From the NCBI GenBank assembly GCA_020184695.1, contig JAANOX010000083.1, positions 186,001 to 250,000 on the forward strand: a stretch of 64,000 bases of DNA, read 5' to 3'. How positions within the stretch are numbered: position 1 is the stretch's first letter; every line of letters starts with the position of its first letter. Of the stretch, positions 30,501 to 40,566 are shown piece after piece. The position numbers and the translations under genes were made by a program. The notes beneath the pieces are model-generated. The model was not told the DNA's origin, searched no databases, and was given only the letters and a program-made list of their open reading frames with translations. Source of the DNA: Histomonas meleagridis 2922-C6/04-290x. Its lineage: Eukaryota; Protista; Parabasalia.

Positions 30501-32999
30501 TTAACAAATATTGTCATACCTAATGAATATGAATTAATTTTAACTCAATTTTTTTATTTGATTCCAAACGTTACTAAAAGTGGCGATATAATATTTTATT
30601 TAAATCTTTCTGTATTACAAATTTATATACCAAACATTTATTTATATGCTTATTTATTAAAAGTTTTATCGAAAACTTTTAATCCTAAATTTTATATAGT
30701 AATTGATTTCTCAGGTTATAATACTTCGTATTTACCAACGATTGAAGAAATTTCCGAATTTATCGAATTTGCGAAATCGAAGAAAATACATAAAAAATTG
30801 AACAAATTATTTGTAGTTCATATTGAACATTCACTTTTATCATTTTTCGATAAATGTATAAATGAAATCGAGCCTAAGAAACTTGAAATAATTACTGACA
30901 TTACACAACTTAATCAAATTATTGGCGAAACGAATTTTTTAAATGTTCAAACACTTGAAATGTTTACAACGCCAATAACTGAATATAAAATAAATTTATT
31001 TTCCGATGATACAATTTTACGGATTCATACGAATTCGATACAATTCATTGATCAAATTGAAGAATATCAATCGAATGATGTCATTTTATATTCGAACATT
31101 CATTCGATTGAATATATTAAAAAGAACAATTTGATATCGAAAATCAACATTTTAACACAAAACGATAAAACATATTCATTTACTTATAAATCAGAATATA
31201 ACATTTATAATGAAATCAATGAAAATCTTCAGAAGTTTAATGAAAACATTATCAATAATCAATGGTCATTATTAAATTATACAACGATTCATTCGTTATT
31301 ATTAAATTTATGTTTCATTAATAATGACATAAATGATAAATTAAGGAAATCATCGTTAAACTTATATAAAAACATATTACATTTAATGAAATTGAAACAT
31401 AACGAAAATATAATAAGTTTAAATGATTTATCGATAAATAATCCAAATGAAGTTCATCAAATCTTATCACAATTTGTATATTTAATGCCACTATTAAACA
31501 GGCGAAATTTATTATATTCTTCAACATATAATTCGATTTGGATCAAGAATACAATAAATTTAATTCTTACTAATAATGAATCACTTGAAAATATTATAAT
31601 TATAACAACACAAATTCCAAAAAAATTCATTTCATTAAATAATTTGTTTTTATGGAAAAGTTTTAATGACATAAAAACAATTGAATTATTGTTTTATATT
31701 GCAATAAATACGAAATATTCCGCATTCAGTTCGATATTTCCAATTATAGCAATAAATTATTCATCTGAAGTTACTTCTTTACTTATAAAGAAATTGAAAT
31801 TCTTTCGGAAAAAAGAAACTGAAAAACAATTTAACACTTGTTTTAATATAATTATTAGTTTAATAATAACTGAAACTTTCGATTATGATCAACTTTATGA
31901 ATTATTATATAAGTTATCTCTTATTAGAATCGACGCAATTCATTCGATAGTAAACAAAGCGTCAATTTTATTTAAAGCAATTTATAAACATTTCTTCAAT
32001 GACTTAAATGAGAATGAAGAAGATTTAAATTGTTTTAATGAAAATGACTTAAATGATTATATATTATTTACTTCCAATACAATAAAATTATCGAAATTTT
32101 ATTTGAAACTTTTGTTTAATAATGATAATAAAAAGAAAATTGTTGAATTGTTCATGAAAGACATAGACAACAAAAATGAAAAATTCGTTTTTAATTCAAT
32201 ATTATTCTTGTCAGGTATCTTGTACGATCAGCCTGATGAAATTATTCCATTAATTAATGATTTATTGAATGTTAATCGTCGAAATGTTTTATATATAATT
32301 TGTTCATCTTTAACCGTTTTGGATTTTGACGGTTACAAGAAAGTCAACTCACTTTTCTACCTTTTGATAACAATTTTCCATTGTTTACAACAAACGATTG
32401 TTATCGATTCAATCCAGAATTTGATTAAATCAATTTCAAACGTCTCCGAGCACAACTTTTTGAATGACGTTTCTATAGAAAAATTGAAGAAATTTAAATC
32501 AAAATTATTTTTACCTTTAATAGAAAGACCTATTTATTGTCTTTTGTTGATAATATTTAAAGGTTACACATTGAATTTGAATTTCGATATGGAAAAAATT
32601 CTCTTGGACTTAAAAAATAAAAATATTATTGAGCCACTGTTCAATATTTTAATGCTAATTTATGATAAAAGTTATGTTGATATATGTATTAATATGAAAT
32701 TTAATGGTGATGAAGATGAAATTTTTGCGATTTTGTTCAAAATGTTTTTGTTGCATCAAAACAATAAACAAATTATAAAAGTTTTAATATATTTCATGAA
32801 AAATTCTCCACAAAATTTCACCAATATTAAATATATAAATTATATAACTTCTGATATGAATCCAATAGTTTTCGCATTGTTAGCAAAACTTAAATCAAAA
32901 AAGAATATGGAAAAACAAATGACACCAATCGTGATGTCATTATACGACGATGGGAGAATGCCGCATTTGACCCTGCAGCAACTAAATAAGAAATTTTAA
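27594..32999 (+). CDS. Neurofibromin-like protein (Sec14-PH and HEAT-like regions) without a recognisable RasGAP domain
   Basis: NF1-like segments in order: NPIVRTEFFKVLSKI; FFYLIPNVTKSGDIIFY..YIVIDFS (CRAL-TRIO_2/Sec14); ILRIHTNSIQF..NDVILYSNIHSI (PH-like); SLLLNLCFIN..DKLRKSSLNL. Confidence 0.75.
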   Translation: MDKKNVLLPMINQMNSTLSVQCKKDVDKPFSPKSFMKINFNKYFMFFQEISKRKPVVMFEVFIEELSKYSKIPPKNQTIENIRSTILYSYLTCKCLSCFNGKTDIFSQYHHRDLVNLSISFLENNMSSQPFLYYHKIIIEYSVRTASFCQIYLPSTFHSYLLEIKKNQKNIEHLLNIWRYGITNFPRLEELINTITNNLHLMKKEDIIIHVCKLITDSFLNLLIVNPQSYYEFTEKKVDVQNAKKVQDFLVQKVRRSKHLTYSAQIVLLLLQCYQLNLYSLNNNSPELLETLLNILNQTKIKDEEEFKNSLYSSLIGICSIGKIGPNNLLRNTFIQFPKVILQYIENNNILSTTKEFNHLTVWFPMSLLFSFPELFQKNYISLLMEMNNDLLWTSMIELISVFLHFSVKNPKNYEEMFKQLMILLNEIISNRSSILMEKNLITKLLDGFEANPIYFRKFTFEYVLSFSKFLTFILTGTVKCQKSLFKSIYSMDIVNDNEDPLTIWSTSNLIIFTLAEIMNHNFLKTNDNFIHNIPKITYQIINFLKKHLKKFNNLEIIQFNDIIKDVESIAYLALVPNNINSRNISIDLFKELYKILKLYKSEQYIEITDYYKKFINEIKQHKTKNAICIIFSNIFKLYPNVSPGMKYVYSSILEYFGNLFNKISNRNVKDSLIDAFKQLTSIVFSLTRNLDNDFLKLFKMILKYKKVKEKVIIISNSFPPHLYYELIKTFSNFLNENVTKTFLTNSMALMNNLFKSEYWKPNNDLNELFNDLIKKLKKFMAESELETHHHIFCNLIFNLIKLMDKLNIVFSQKNKQKIGLLIGKWINLHNKNQNLAKVCYKTLVKVIDGISFNKITKNKNDKIKYFNFYFNFILEQLNTNDENNYLEDSLPILNSLLKNNYEIGINVCLPLSLNDNPIVRTEFFKVLSKININSVPPINIYHKPTEIDVSIINNIMEKQNIKMNLIENLTNIVIPNEYELILTQFFYLIPNVTKSGDIIFYLNLSVLQIYIPNIYLYAYLLKVLSKTFNPKFYIVIDFSGYNTSYLPTIEEISEFIEFAKSKKIHKKLNKLFVVHIEHSLLSFFDKCINEIEPKKLEIITDITQLNQIIGETNFLNVQTLEMFTTPITEYKINLFSDDTILRIHTNSIQFIDQIEEYQSNDVILYSNIHSIEYIKKNNLISKINILTQNDKTYSFTYKSEYNIYNEINENLQKFNENIINNQWSLLNYTTIHSLLLNLCFINNDINDKLRKSSLNLYKNILHLMKLKHNENIISLNDLSINNPNEVHQILSQFVYLMPLLNRRNLLYSSTYNSIWIKNTINLILTNNESLENIIIITTQIPKKFISLNNLFLWKSFNDIKTIELLFYIAINTKYSAFSSIFPIIAINYSSEVTSLLIKKLKFFRKKETEKQFNTCFNIIISLIITETFDYDQLYELLYKLSLIRIDAIHSIVNKASILFKAIYKHFFNDLNENEEDLNCFNENDLNDYILFTSNTIKLSKFYLKLLFNNDNKKKIVELFMKDIDNKNEKFVFNSILFLSGILYDQPDEIIPLINDLLNVNRRNVLYIICSSLTVLDFDGYKKVNSLFYLLITIFHCLQQTIVIDSIQNLIKSISNVSEHNFLNDVSIEKLKKFKSKLFLPLIERPIYCLLLIIFKGYTLNLNFDMEKILLDLKNKNIIEPLFNILMLIYDKSYVDICINMKFNGDEDEIFAILFKMFLLHQNNKQIIKVLIYFMKNSPQNFTNIKYINYITSDMNPIVFALLAKLKSKKNMEKQMTPIVMSLYDDGRMPHLTLQQLNKKF

Positions 33000-33673
33000 G
33001 AAATTCAATTTTAAATTGAATTTAATGTTTATAAAAATTCATTTTCGAGAATATTTTTTTTTTTTTGAAAACAGTGCTGTTGTATCATGTAAAGCAATTA
33101 AAAAAGTGTGACGATACGATTTTTTAATCATTATTTGGTCGGAAATGCCTTTTTGATATATAATTTACAACGCAATTGAAAAGACTATCGTTTGTAAATT
33201 ATTCAAAAAATCGATTTTAGCGGTATGCAATAATTGTCTGTTATTAAATTCTGAAATCAAACACGTTGTTGCGTCAAAAAATTTCACGTATTCGATTCAA
33301 CCATTAATCCACTAATGATCGAGATAGATCATATAGGATTTAAATGTTCAAAAAGTTATTATCATTCACAATTTCGAATATAATGTACGTGATAATAATA
33401 TTTAATTTTTGATGTGCAATCTCGGAAACCATTTCGTTTACCGTTAAAAAGTGAAAAATGTCTTTATATAAAACAGAAAAACACTTTTTATGAAATAAAT
33501 ATTTGTGATTTCGAAGTAGAACATGTTATTAAATTAAAATTTTAGATAATAAATATGAAGAATCGAAATGAGTAAAATACATCGTTCAAGATTGTATTAT
33601 TTTACAGATAATTCAATTTTGAATACATTCTAAAAAATGAATACGGCGGTTTTTACGGTTCTAATTGTGTTCA

Positions 33674-34861
33674 ATGTTTTCCTTCTTTCTTGCAGCAGTT
33701 TCATGCAGGCATTTTGCCGTATTGTTTGCTGGATCCAAAGGATGGAGTAACTATCGTCATCAAGCTGATATTTGTACTCTTTATGGTCTTTTACTTCAAC
33801 GTGGTTATGATGCTTCAGATATTATCATGATGCAATATGATGATATTGCTAATTCAGCCAGCAACCCATTCAAAGGTCAAGTTTTCCACACATTATCTCA
33901 TGACGTTAATGTTTATCCTGGTTCAGATGCAATGACATATCGTGGAGAAGATTGCACATCTAAAAACTTTATCAACGTTTTGACAACTCTCCCAACAACT
34001 TCTGAAGATTATGTCTTCATATACTATGATAATCATGGCGGTCCAGATCTTCTTGCTGATCCAACAGGAGGATACATTAGAACAACTGATCTCGCTAATG
34101 CTCTTAGTGAAATGTATATCAACAATCTTTACAAATATTGTTTATTCGGCATTGAAGCCTGTTATTCTGGATCACTTGCAGAACAATTCACAGTTCCAAA
34201 CATGGCAATAATCACAGCTGCCAATGAGAAAGAATCATCATATTCTGCTGTTATGGATGACACTCTTCATGCATATCTTACAAATGAATTTTCAAATCAT
34301 TGGTTCAACCAAATGGACAGTTATCCAACCCAAACAATTGGACAACTTTACCTTAATCTTAAATCCCTTGTACTTGCTTCACACGTCATGTATTACGGAG
34401 ATGAAAGAATGAAGCAATTAACGGTCGACAACTTTTTCGGAACTAAATCAAATTCAATTAAAAGTGTCGGTTTACAACACGAGAAATTTGACACTGCACC
34501 ACAACGCGTTGCTACAGAGTTTGGTCTTGATTGGATTGATGAAATGGAGTCCAAGCAGCCATTAATGGCTCCATGGAGAGGCAAGTATGTTAGCCTTAGG
34601 AAGAAACTTGAAGCTGAAACAATCAAATTAAATAATGTACTTGACACAATTGTTCGAAGAATCGACAATGATAACTATGAACAGATAATGAATGATACTA
34701 CAGCACCAATGACTAGGGAATTCCAAAGAGTTCTAGATGTATTCTTAGATAAGTTTGGAGAAATGAACCCAGATGACTTTGGAAGATTAATGGTCCTTAA
34801 AGCTCTTGCTGCTAAGCATCCATTTAATACAATCATAGAAGTTATCGAGGACGTTCTCTAA
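33674..34861 (+). CDS. Legumain / asparaginyl endopeptidase (peptidase C13)
   Basis: Signal-peptide-like MFSFFLAAVSC; NYRHQADIC; catalytic His in NHGGP and Cys in IEACYSGS. The track start at 33665 is TTG; the ATG is at 33674. Confidence 0.93.
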   Translation: MFSFFLAAVSCRHFAVLFAGSKGWSNYRHQADICTLYGLLLQRGYDASDIIMMQYDDIANSASNPFKGQVFHTLSHDVNVYPGSDAMTYRGEDCTSKNFINVLTTLPTTSEDYVFIYYDNHGGPDLLADPTGGYIRTTDLANALSEMYINNLYKYCLFGIEACYSGSLAEQFTVPNMAIITAANEKESSYSAVMDDTLHAYLTNEFSNHWFNQMDSYPTQTIGQLYLNLKSLVLASHVMYYGDERMKQLTVDNFFGTKSNSIKSVGLQHEKFDTAPQRVATEFGLDWIDEMESKQPLMAPWRGKYVSLRKKLEAETIKLNNVLDTIVRRIDNDNYEQIMNDTTAPMTREFQRVLDVFLDKFGEMNPDDFGRLMVLKALAAKHPFNTIIEVIEDVL

Positions 34862-35363
34862 GATCGGTTAAATTAAACGAATTTTTTACCTTAAATTTTT
34901 GAATGAAACCCTCTAAACCAGTATATCCAAGTATTGTCGAAAAAATGTTTAAAACATTTTTATTTTCTGTTTAATTTCGTGATTCTTTTTATTGAGTATT
35001 CCGAATCTTGATGGATTTGTAACCGCAAAATGAATTCAAAAAGTTATTTTTTCTTCTTTGTCCAGAGCCTCCAATAATGAATAAAATGTTTCAATAATTA
35101 TCATATATATAGAACAAATAAATTATAAAAAATTGCAAAGACATATTTTTGAATTTTTGTTCTATCTATAGATATCGAAAATCTTGTATACAAGAATGAA
35201 AACTAAAGAAAAATTATATAAATTAATATTAACCATTATTAGTTCTATATATATTCCGAATTTGAACTTCTGTTTCTATATATTATTAAAATTTAAAAAA
35301 AAGTTTGAACTAACTATATTAGAAGAATTAAAATTTCTTGAAATTAAAAACATTCGGTTCGCA

Positions 35364-35440
35364 CTGGGTTGTTAAGATTTGCTTATAAAATTTCCGACAG
35401 CAAGCGGCAGGAAATTTTATAAGTAAATCTTAACAGCCAG
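35364..35440. repeat. About 30-bp inverted repeat (hairpin) with a 14-nt loop
   Basis: Left arm CTGGGTTGTTAAGATTTGCTTATAAAATTTCC versus reverse complement of the right arm CTGGCTGTTAAGATTTACTTATAAAATTTCC; a long T run follows from ~35452. Confidence 0.9.
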
Positions 35441-36155
35441 CTCACCTCATGTTTTTTTTTATTTGTTTTTTTAATTACAAAGTTTTCTTTTTTCCTTTTT
35501 TTTCATTTCTCTTTTCTTCTCCCTTCTCCATTTTAAATTTTTCCCTCTTTTTTTAGTGATTGTTTCTTTCTAATTTTTTATTTTAGAATAATAAAGGTAA
35601 CAAAATGTTGTAATATTAAATACTTTTTATATTAAAGTATTACTTTACTATAAATATCAGTATTTATAAAAAAAATAAATTTTATAATTCGAATATATAC
35701 TCTATATTTTATATGAATATCTGATAACAAAATACATTTATGAATATATAATTCGTTTTGAAATGTGATTTTCTTCAATGGCTCTATTTAAAACATAAAT
35801 TGATATATTAATTTTGTTTTTATTCTTCAACAATTATTAGACTTGGTACAATTGTCACTTTTCTTGTTTAATTTTAAAGATAAAAAAAGCATTTTGAAAT
35901 TTTGGAGATTGCATAAAAAAATGAGATAACAAAATTTTGCCATAATAATTTTATTGAATACCAAATTATTTATATTTCTTTAAATTTAGTTCAGTGGAAA
36001 ATAAAAAAAATTGATTTTCGACAAATCTGATCTGAAACGACCGTTTATTTAGCATCAAAATCACATCAAACCTTAACGAGGATTTTCATTTTACGTAAGT
36101 AAATCCAAAAACAATAAAAAGTTTTTATTTATTATCTTACACATTGTTCTAACAT

Positions 36156-38483
36156 TTATTGCTGCGTGTTACTTTGTGTAAGAACTAATGGATAAAATTG
36201 TTTTGTATCCCAATTTTCTATAAGATATGTAACAAAAGTGATAGATATATCAGAATATTCTTTTATCTGTCCTGGCTCACTAAAGTCAGTTGAAGGCTGT
36301 ACAATATTTGGCGCAAAAACAATTGCCATATTCTTTGGTCCCATTTTCGTCACTGCTTCAAATTGGACCAATTTTTGTAAGAATCCAATTAGATAACCCA
36401 ACAAGTTCAAATGTGCAGGAGGCAAATGTTTTGTAACGAATCCAATGTAATCCTTATTTTCATGAGCAGTCTTTAAATAAGGAAGTGAATCAACAGGACA
36501 AGTTGGATCAGGGATTATCCTAAACCACATTTTGAAAAGGGACAACATATCAAATAACTTCGCGTTTTCGAAATTACAAATTCCTTTTCCATAATCTTCT
36601 GCCATTTGTTCGACGTTTTTAATACTTCCAGGTAACCTAAATATACCTTCCATCTCACCCGGATTTTTAGAAAGTATAGCTTCTGCCATTTGATGTACTA
36701 CTATAGGGATTGGGAAATTGGGATATTTCTTACGTTGGAACCATAAATGTTCATATATTGAAGCTCCGAATTCACAATTTTCACTTTCAATTTGTTGAGG
36801 GATTTTGACTGCGTAATTAATCCCTAAATCAGTTTTAGGTTTCCCTATAGCGCAACGTGAAGAAAATCTGATGTAACATAATTGTGCATAATGTGCTACA
36901 TCTCTATGACGTGAAATACTTTTCCTTGAAAGATGTGATTTAATCCATACTTCACTATTACGCGAAGAAGGGAATATAGTCGTAATGATTAGGAACAATT
37001 TCCATGTCCGTATTTCCCATTCAGGGTTTGGGTTCTTTCTTGTTTGCTTAATTAATTGGAAATATACTTCGTCATATAAACTTGGATTAGCTATCAACGT
37101 TTGGACAATTAATTCAGCACTATTCGGAGCTCCTTTAATGACTCCAATATATGTAAGAATTAACTTGAAACATTTCACCGCGTTCTTTTGATCATTTTGA
37201 TTCGCTAACTTTATAAGTGATGACGATAATGGATCTTTCGAAAATTTAGTAATTTGCTCGGTCGAAACAAGTTTGCGATTAAAAACATGGCCTGTTCGAT
37301 GTTCACGGAAAAACTGTTTCGCGTATTCTTCGACTTGGAACTTATTAATGTCATCGCGAATGTCGCACGGAAGAAACGGCGCTTTGCTATCTGGGAAGTA
37401 CGAGTTCTTTCGTTGCATTGACTTCTTCTCATCGAAGTTGACAACAGACTCAGGTACATCTAAGAGAGTCGTAGAACGCGTTCTACGATGATGATGACGT
37501 CGCCGGTGTTCATGTGCTACTTCGCCGTCGAACACTAAGTTGGCGTAGTTAGCACTGCGGTGGCGACTGGAAATGTGGCGACGCGACGATCGTTTTGTTG
37601 GTTCTCCATCAAATGGCAATGTGTCGAAACGTGCGCTTTGATGATGGCGACTATTATTCGATGTGCGTCGCGCTTGAACAGTTGGCGTGCGCGGGCTATC
37701 GTCGAGCGTTGCAAATGAATTCATCGTTTGGATGGAACGAAGTTTCTTGGGTGGTACTGGTATAGGACGTTTTGAGAGCGTGGGAACGTTATTGTCATCG
37801 CTTGCCGGTGGATGCGTTGATAGATGGCTATCGGTTGGCGCGCTTGCCGTTGAGTTTTGCTCGGAGCTATCGTTTGTGGGCACTTCCGTCGGTTTCGGAG
37901 GTTCTGGAGGTTGTGCATTTTCGGTTTCCGGCGGTTTCGAAATTTGTTCGTTTTCGGTTTCCGGAGGTTTCGGAGGTTGTTTGCTATCGGCTGTGGGTGT
38001 TTGGGGTGTAATGGCAGTGTCAGTTGTTGGGGGTTCTGTCTGGTTGGGAATCGCTTCGGTGGGATGAGGAGGCTCTGGTGGTTTAATTGGTTCGTTGGGT
38101 GCTGGTGGTTGTGATGATGAAATTTGATTCTGATCTGGAGGTGCTTTTGGTTGGGAATCTGGAGAATGAACTTGTGATTCGGAGGCACTGTTTTGCTGTG
38201 TTTCATTGTTATTAACTTGGTGCGGAGAAGTTTCTTGTGGCTGAGTAATCTGATTCATTCCATTCGGATATATGTTGCCTTGTTGCCTCTGAACAAAGGC
38301 TTTAAACTGGTCGAGCATGATTTGATATTCGGGGTTAATGTTTGGATCCATCTCAATAGGTGTTAAAGTTGTTGGATCAAGAACGATTCCGTCAGTAGGG
38401 AACTGATAAGTTGTATTACTTGTAGCGGGGTCGAAGAAATATTGAGATCCATCCGCGAAATATCGGTAGTAGACTTGAATCAT
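36156..38483 (-). CDS. WW-like + MyTH4 + RhoGAP protein (ARHGAP39-like architecture)
   Basis: N-terminal YYRYFADGSQYFFDPATSNTTYQFP; Pro-rich linker; MyTH4 motif DEVYFQLIKQT..WKLF; RhoGAP EGIFRLPGS (arginine finger intact) and KMGPKNMAIVFAPNI. Confidence 0.88.
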   Translation of the reverse strand: MIQVYYRYFADGSQYFFDPATSNTTYQFPTDGIVLDPTTLTPIEMDPNINPEYQIMLDQFKAFVQRQQGNIYPNGMNQITQPQETSPHQVNNNETQQNSASESQVHSPDSQPKAPPDQNQISSSQPPAPNEPIKPPEPPHPTEAIPNQTEPPTTDTAITPQTPTADSKQPPKPPETENEQISKPPETENAQPPEPPKPTEVPTNDSSEQNSTASAPTDSHLSTHPPASDDNNVPTLSKRPIPVPPKKLRSIQTMNSFATLDDSPRTPTVQARRTSNNSRHHQSARFDTLPFDGEPTKRSSRRHISSRHRSANYANLVFDGEVAHEHRRRHHHRRTRSTTLLDVPESVVNFDEKKSMQRKNSYFPDSKAPFLPCDIRDDINKFQVEEYAKQFFREHRTGHVFNRKLVSTEQITKFSKDPLSSSLIKLANQNDQKNAVKCFKLILTYIGVIKGAPNSAELIVQTLIANPSLYDEVYFQLIKQTRKNPNPEWEIRTWKLFLIITTIFPSSRNSEVWIKSHLSRKSISRHRDVAHYAQLCYIRFSSRCAIGKPKTDLGINYAVKIPQQIESENCEFGASIYEHLWFQRKKYPNFPIPIVVHQMAEAILSKNPGEMEGIFRLPGSIKNVEQMAEDYGKGICNFENAKLFDMLSLFKMWFRIIPDPTCPVDSLPYLKTAHENKDYIGFVTKHLPPAHLNLLGYLIGFLQKLVQFEAVTKMGPKNMAIVFAPNIVQPSTDFSEPGQIKEYSDISITFVTYLIENWDTKQFYPLVLTQSNTQQ

Positions 38484-39451
38484 TGTTATGATCGGCGACG
38501 GTTATCAGTTCCAAAAGTCCTGTAAAAGTCACTGATGGATTCAATTTTCTGAACATGTAAATATAAACCATACAAAACAGAAGATGACAAAAAGGTTTGT
38601 GTTTTTGAATAAGAATTATATTTCTATCGTACGAAATTTGAAAGCAAAGCGCGCCACAAAAGTACGATAGCGAAGGATGACTCTGCGTCTTCTTATCATC
38701 TTTTTATGGAGGCGGAAAGGACAAACAAAGTGCGCAGCGTGCGTTTGAGTATGAACGCTTTGGAGTCAGTGCCAAATTGTTTGAATGTGGAGAAATTGCT
38801 TTGGAATTGATTAAAAATTTGGTATTTTGTGATGAGGTGTTAAAGTTCAAAAAGAATAAGAAAATGTGCTATGTTTCTCGTGAGCAGGTTGAAGAAGTAT
38901 TTGGAACTATTTGCAAATTTCATTTAATGGTTGATGGCATTGGGAACAAATGGATTTCTAAAAATAGTTATTAAAGAAGTTAAAGAAATTATTGAGATAG
39001 ATTGCGAAATCTCGATAAATCAAATTATTTTTTTTTTCTTTGTACTTTGCGAGTGATAATATTGTGTTAGAGCACTTTTAGAATTCTAAGGTGCATTTGA
39101 ATCATAAGAACTAACACATTAATGTTCAATTAAAATTTCTTTTTGCAATCTATGTCTAAAGTTTTGAATACAATTTCCACCTTGTCGAATTTTATTCTGT
39201 TTTCTTTATGTAAATGAATAAAAGAACAAATTGTATTAAGAAATTTCTTTGTAAAGGAATTACTAAACGATAAATTTTTCACAACATATCAGGAGAACGT
39301 TAATTTTAGAGTGCCCGAAACCAAGACAAAATGACGATATTCTATCGCTCGTTTGAAGGCGGTTAGCATATCAATTTTCTATGTTTGTCGATAATAATTC
39401 AATAGTCCGATATAATTGAAATTTTATCGTATACATAAATCACATTTTTAA

Positions 39452-40198
39452 ATGCAAGATAGAATCGATCTTTGTGCAGAAAAATTCATGGAATTATTTG
39501 GAGCCAAGCCTACCACAAATGAAGGTAATGATGCTGAATTTATGCGACTTTTGCAACGCTTCATATTTGGTGAAGTATGTTACACAGGATGCCTCGACAA
39601 CAAGGAAAGAGAACTTATTACAATTACTTGCCTTGCTGTTAATCAGACATATCCACAACTTAAGGCACATACAAACGCATGCCTCAAAGTTGGATGCACT
39701 CCAGTCGAAATCCGTGAAACAATATACCAATGTGCTCCATTTATTGGTTTTCCTAAAACACTTAATGCTATTGCTACAATGAATGAAGTTTTCACAGCAA
39801 ATCAAATTTCTCTTCCAATCCCAGAACAAATTACAATTAAAGATGAAGATCGCTTCCAAGTTGGTCTCAAAATGCGAAAAGATCTTTGTGGAGAAGTTGA
39901 CGAGAAAGAATTCGATTGGTTACCAAAAGAATTTGCAGAAGCAATTCCTCGTTACTGCGCAGAATTCGTATTCGGAGACTATCTTAGCCGCTCTGGACTT
40001 GATTTGAAGTTCAGAGAACTTTTGGTTGTTGTAATTATTACAGCTCTTGGTGGTGGAGATTCACAGTTAAAACTTCACATCAATGCAGCATTGAAGGCAG
40101 GAAACACCAAAGAAGCGATTTTGACAGCCCTTCTCCATGCAATGCCATACATTGGCTTGCCCAGATTTATGACAGCATTAGAAATCTTTAAAAGCTGA
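39452..40198 (+). CDS. Carboxymuconolactone decarboxylase (CMD/AhpD-like) family, two tandem domains, bacterial type
   Basis: Duplicated motif LD.K.REL(I/L)....(L/I).A..G/Q...QLK.H..A.L..G.T..EI.E......P.IG.P. Confidence 0.9.
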   Translation: MQDRIDLCAEKFMELFGAKPTTNEGNDAEFMRLLQRFIFGEVCYTGCLDNKERELITITCLAVNQTYPQLKAHTNACLKVGCTPVEIRETIYQCAPFIGFPKTLNAIATMNEVFTANQISLPIPEQITIKDEDRFQVGLKMRKDLCGEVDEKEFDWLPKEFAEAIPRYCAEFVFGDYLSRSGLDLKFRELLVVVIITALGGGDSQLKLHINAALKAGNTKEAILTALLHAMPYIGLPRFMTALEIFKS

Positions 40199-40495
40199 TG
40201 AATAGTAAATCAACTCGTTTTCGATTTTGTTGTTTTAGATTTTGAAAATAGTTAAATAACCTTTAAAAAAATCATTAATAATAAACCTATCAATAAGAAT
40301 CTTAATGATTTATAATCTTTTACATAAAAACTTTTTTTGAACATTTTAATGAAAAATTTGTGATGATATGATTAAGGAATTTTCGAGAATTCATGGATGA
40401 TGTTTATTTTTGAAAAAATTAAAATTGAAATTTCGGTTGTGCCTAATATTCCGTCTAAATATAAAGTAAAGCACTTGATGCTAATTGACAAAAAA

Positions 40496-40566
40496 TGCAT
40501 CGCCCGGGAATCGGACCCGGACCCCCAGCTTGGCAAGCTGAAATTCTACCATTAGACCAGCGATGC
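40496..40566 (-). tRNA. tRNA-Gly(GCC)
   Basis: GCATCGCTGGTCTAATGGTAGAATTTCAGCTTGCCAAGCTGGGGGTCCGGGTCCGATTCCCGGGCGATGCA: perfect 7-bp acceptor stem, anticodon loop TT-GCC-AA, T stem CCGGG/CCCGG, 71 nt, no intron. Confidence 0.95.

Noticed and set aside
37687-38206. Several overlapping short ORFs (also 16540-16832 and similar elsewhere)
   Set aside because: Alternative-frame or antisense shadows of low-complexity segments of real genes; no motifs.
39110-39121. ACTAACACATTA resembling the trichomonad branch/3' splice motif
   Set aside because: It does not end in AG, is intergenic, and has no upstream exon or 5' splice site.
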